The translations under genes and the position numbers were made by a program. Shown here in pieces: positions 63,871-64,000 of a DNA stretch of 64,000 nt. The notes below the pieces were generated by a model. It did not search any database. It was not told the DNA's origin and saw only the letters and a list, made by a program, of their open reading frames with translations. The stretch is from Bacillota bacterium (GTDB lineage Bacteria; Bacillota; Clostridia; Caldicoprobacterales; Xylanivirgaceae), in contig JAMOAB010000031.1 in the NCBI GenBank assembly GCA_023621995.1, positions 11,951 to 75,950 on the forward strand. Direction: 5' to 3'. Numbering within the stretch: the stretch's first letter is position 1; every line of letters starts with the position of its first letter.

Positions 63871-64000
63871 TTAATCCCCTTCAATATCTTCAAAAAGTGA
63901 TTCGAGTTCTTCATCTGTATATTGATGTTGCTCAAATCGATTGAAGTCTACTTGCTTTTTGAGCGTATTATTACTTTGTCCTTTAGAGCGAACGGTATTT
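63871..64000 (-). CDS. C-terminal end of a DnaD/DnaB-domain replication protein (partial, runs off the window)
   Basis: Reverse translation gives ...KKQVDFNRFEQHQYTDEELESLFEDIEGD*, typical of the C-termini of DnaD-domain proteins that precede dnaC/dnaI-like genes in Clostridia. The assignment is tentative. Confidence 0.45.
   Translation of the reverse strand, partial: NTVRSKGQSNNTLKKQVDFNRFEQHQYTDEELESLFEDIEGD

Overview
This window is the chromosomal replication-origin region of a low-GC Firmicute, probably Clostridia or Tissierellia. Almost all of it is conserved core genome. On the minus strand, left of the origin, the order is gyrA', gyrB, remB, recF, dnaN, dnaA. On the plus strand the order is rpmH, rnpA, yidD, yidC, jag, mnmE, mnmG, rsmG, noc, soj, spo0J. 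Further right come a yyaC/DUF4446 block, a MoxR-DUF58-DUF4129 operon, glpK and an MscS/DUF951/DUF445 block. Next is a T-box-controlled branched-chain amino acid cluster: ilvB, ilvN, ilvC, leuA, cimA, leuC, leuD, leuB, two inserted genes, then ilvD. After ilvD lies a short island of decayed gene fragments, followed by a Cu/Zn-SOD-like gene. A head-on block follows with a two-component system, a MacB/FtsX-type ABC transporter and nagB. The window ends with pepV, ogt, a second T-box-controlled ilvB paralog, rpsF-ssb-rpsR, a MazG-like gene, yybS, gdpP, rplI, dnaB, and a convergent dnaC/dnaI-like plus dnaD-like pair.

Non-coding features read directly from the sequence:
- A bipartite oriC with perfect DnaA boxes and a (TAG)6 DnaA-trio array next to dnaN.
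- Two perfect 16-bp parS sites, each inside a 50-52 bp perfect palindrome.
- Two T-box leaders.
- rpmH, which the ORF track misses because it is under 60 aa.
- Several intrinsic terminators.

I found no transposase, integrase, CRISPR array, tRNA or rRNA. I also found no convincing complete novel multi-gene system.

The most unusual region is 43.8-45.1 kb. It holds truncated MNT/HepT toxin-antitoxin and ABC-exporter fragments, an orphan ORF of about 80 aa, and a perfect 3 x 23-bp tandem repeat. Two otherwise intact genes, cimA and the sodC-like gene, have a Shine-Dalgarno/start signal that is out of frame with the conserved coding frame. The FtsX permease appears to lack its first transmembrane helix.

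All family assignments come from reading the translations by eye. No database search was run.
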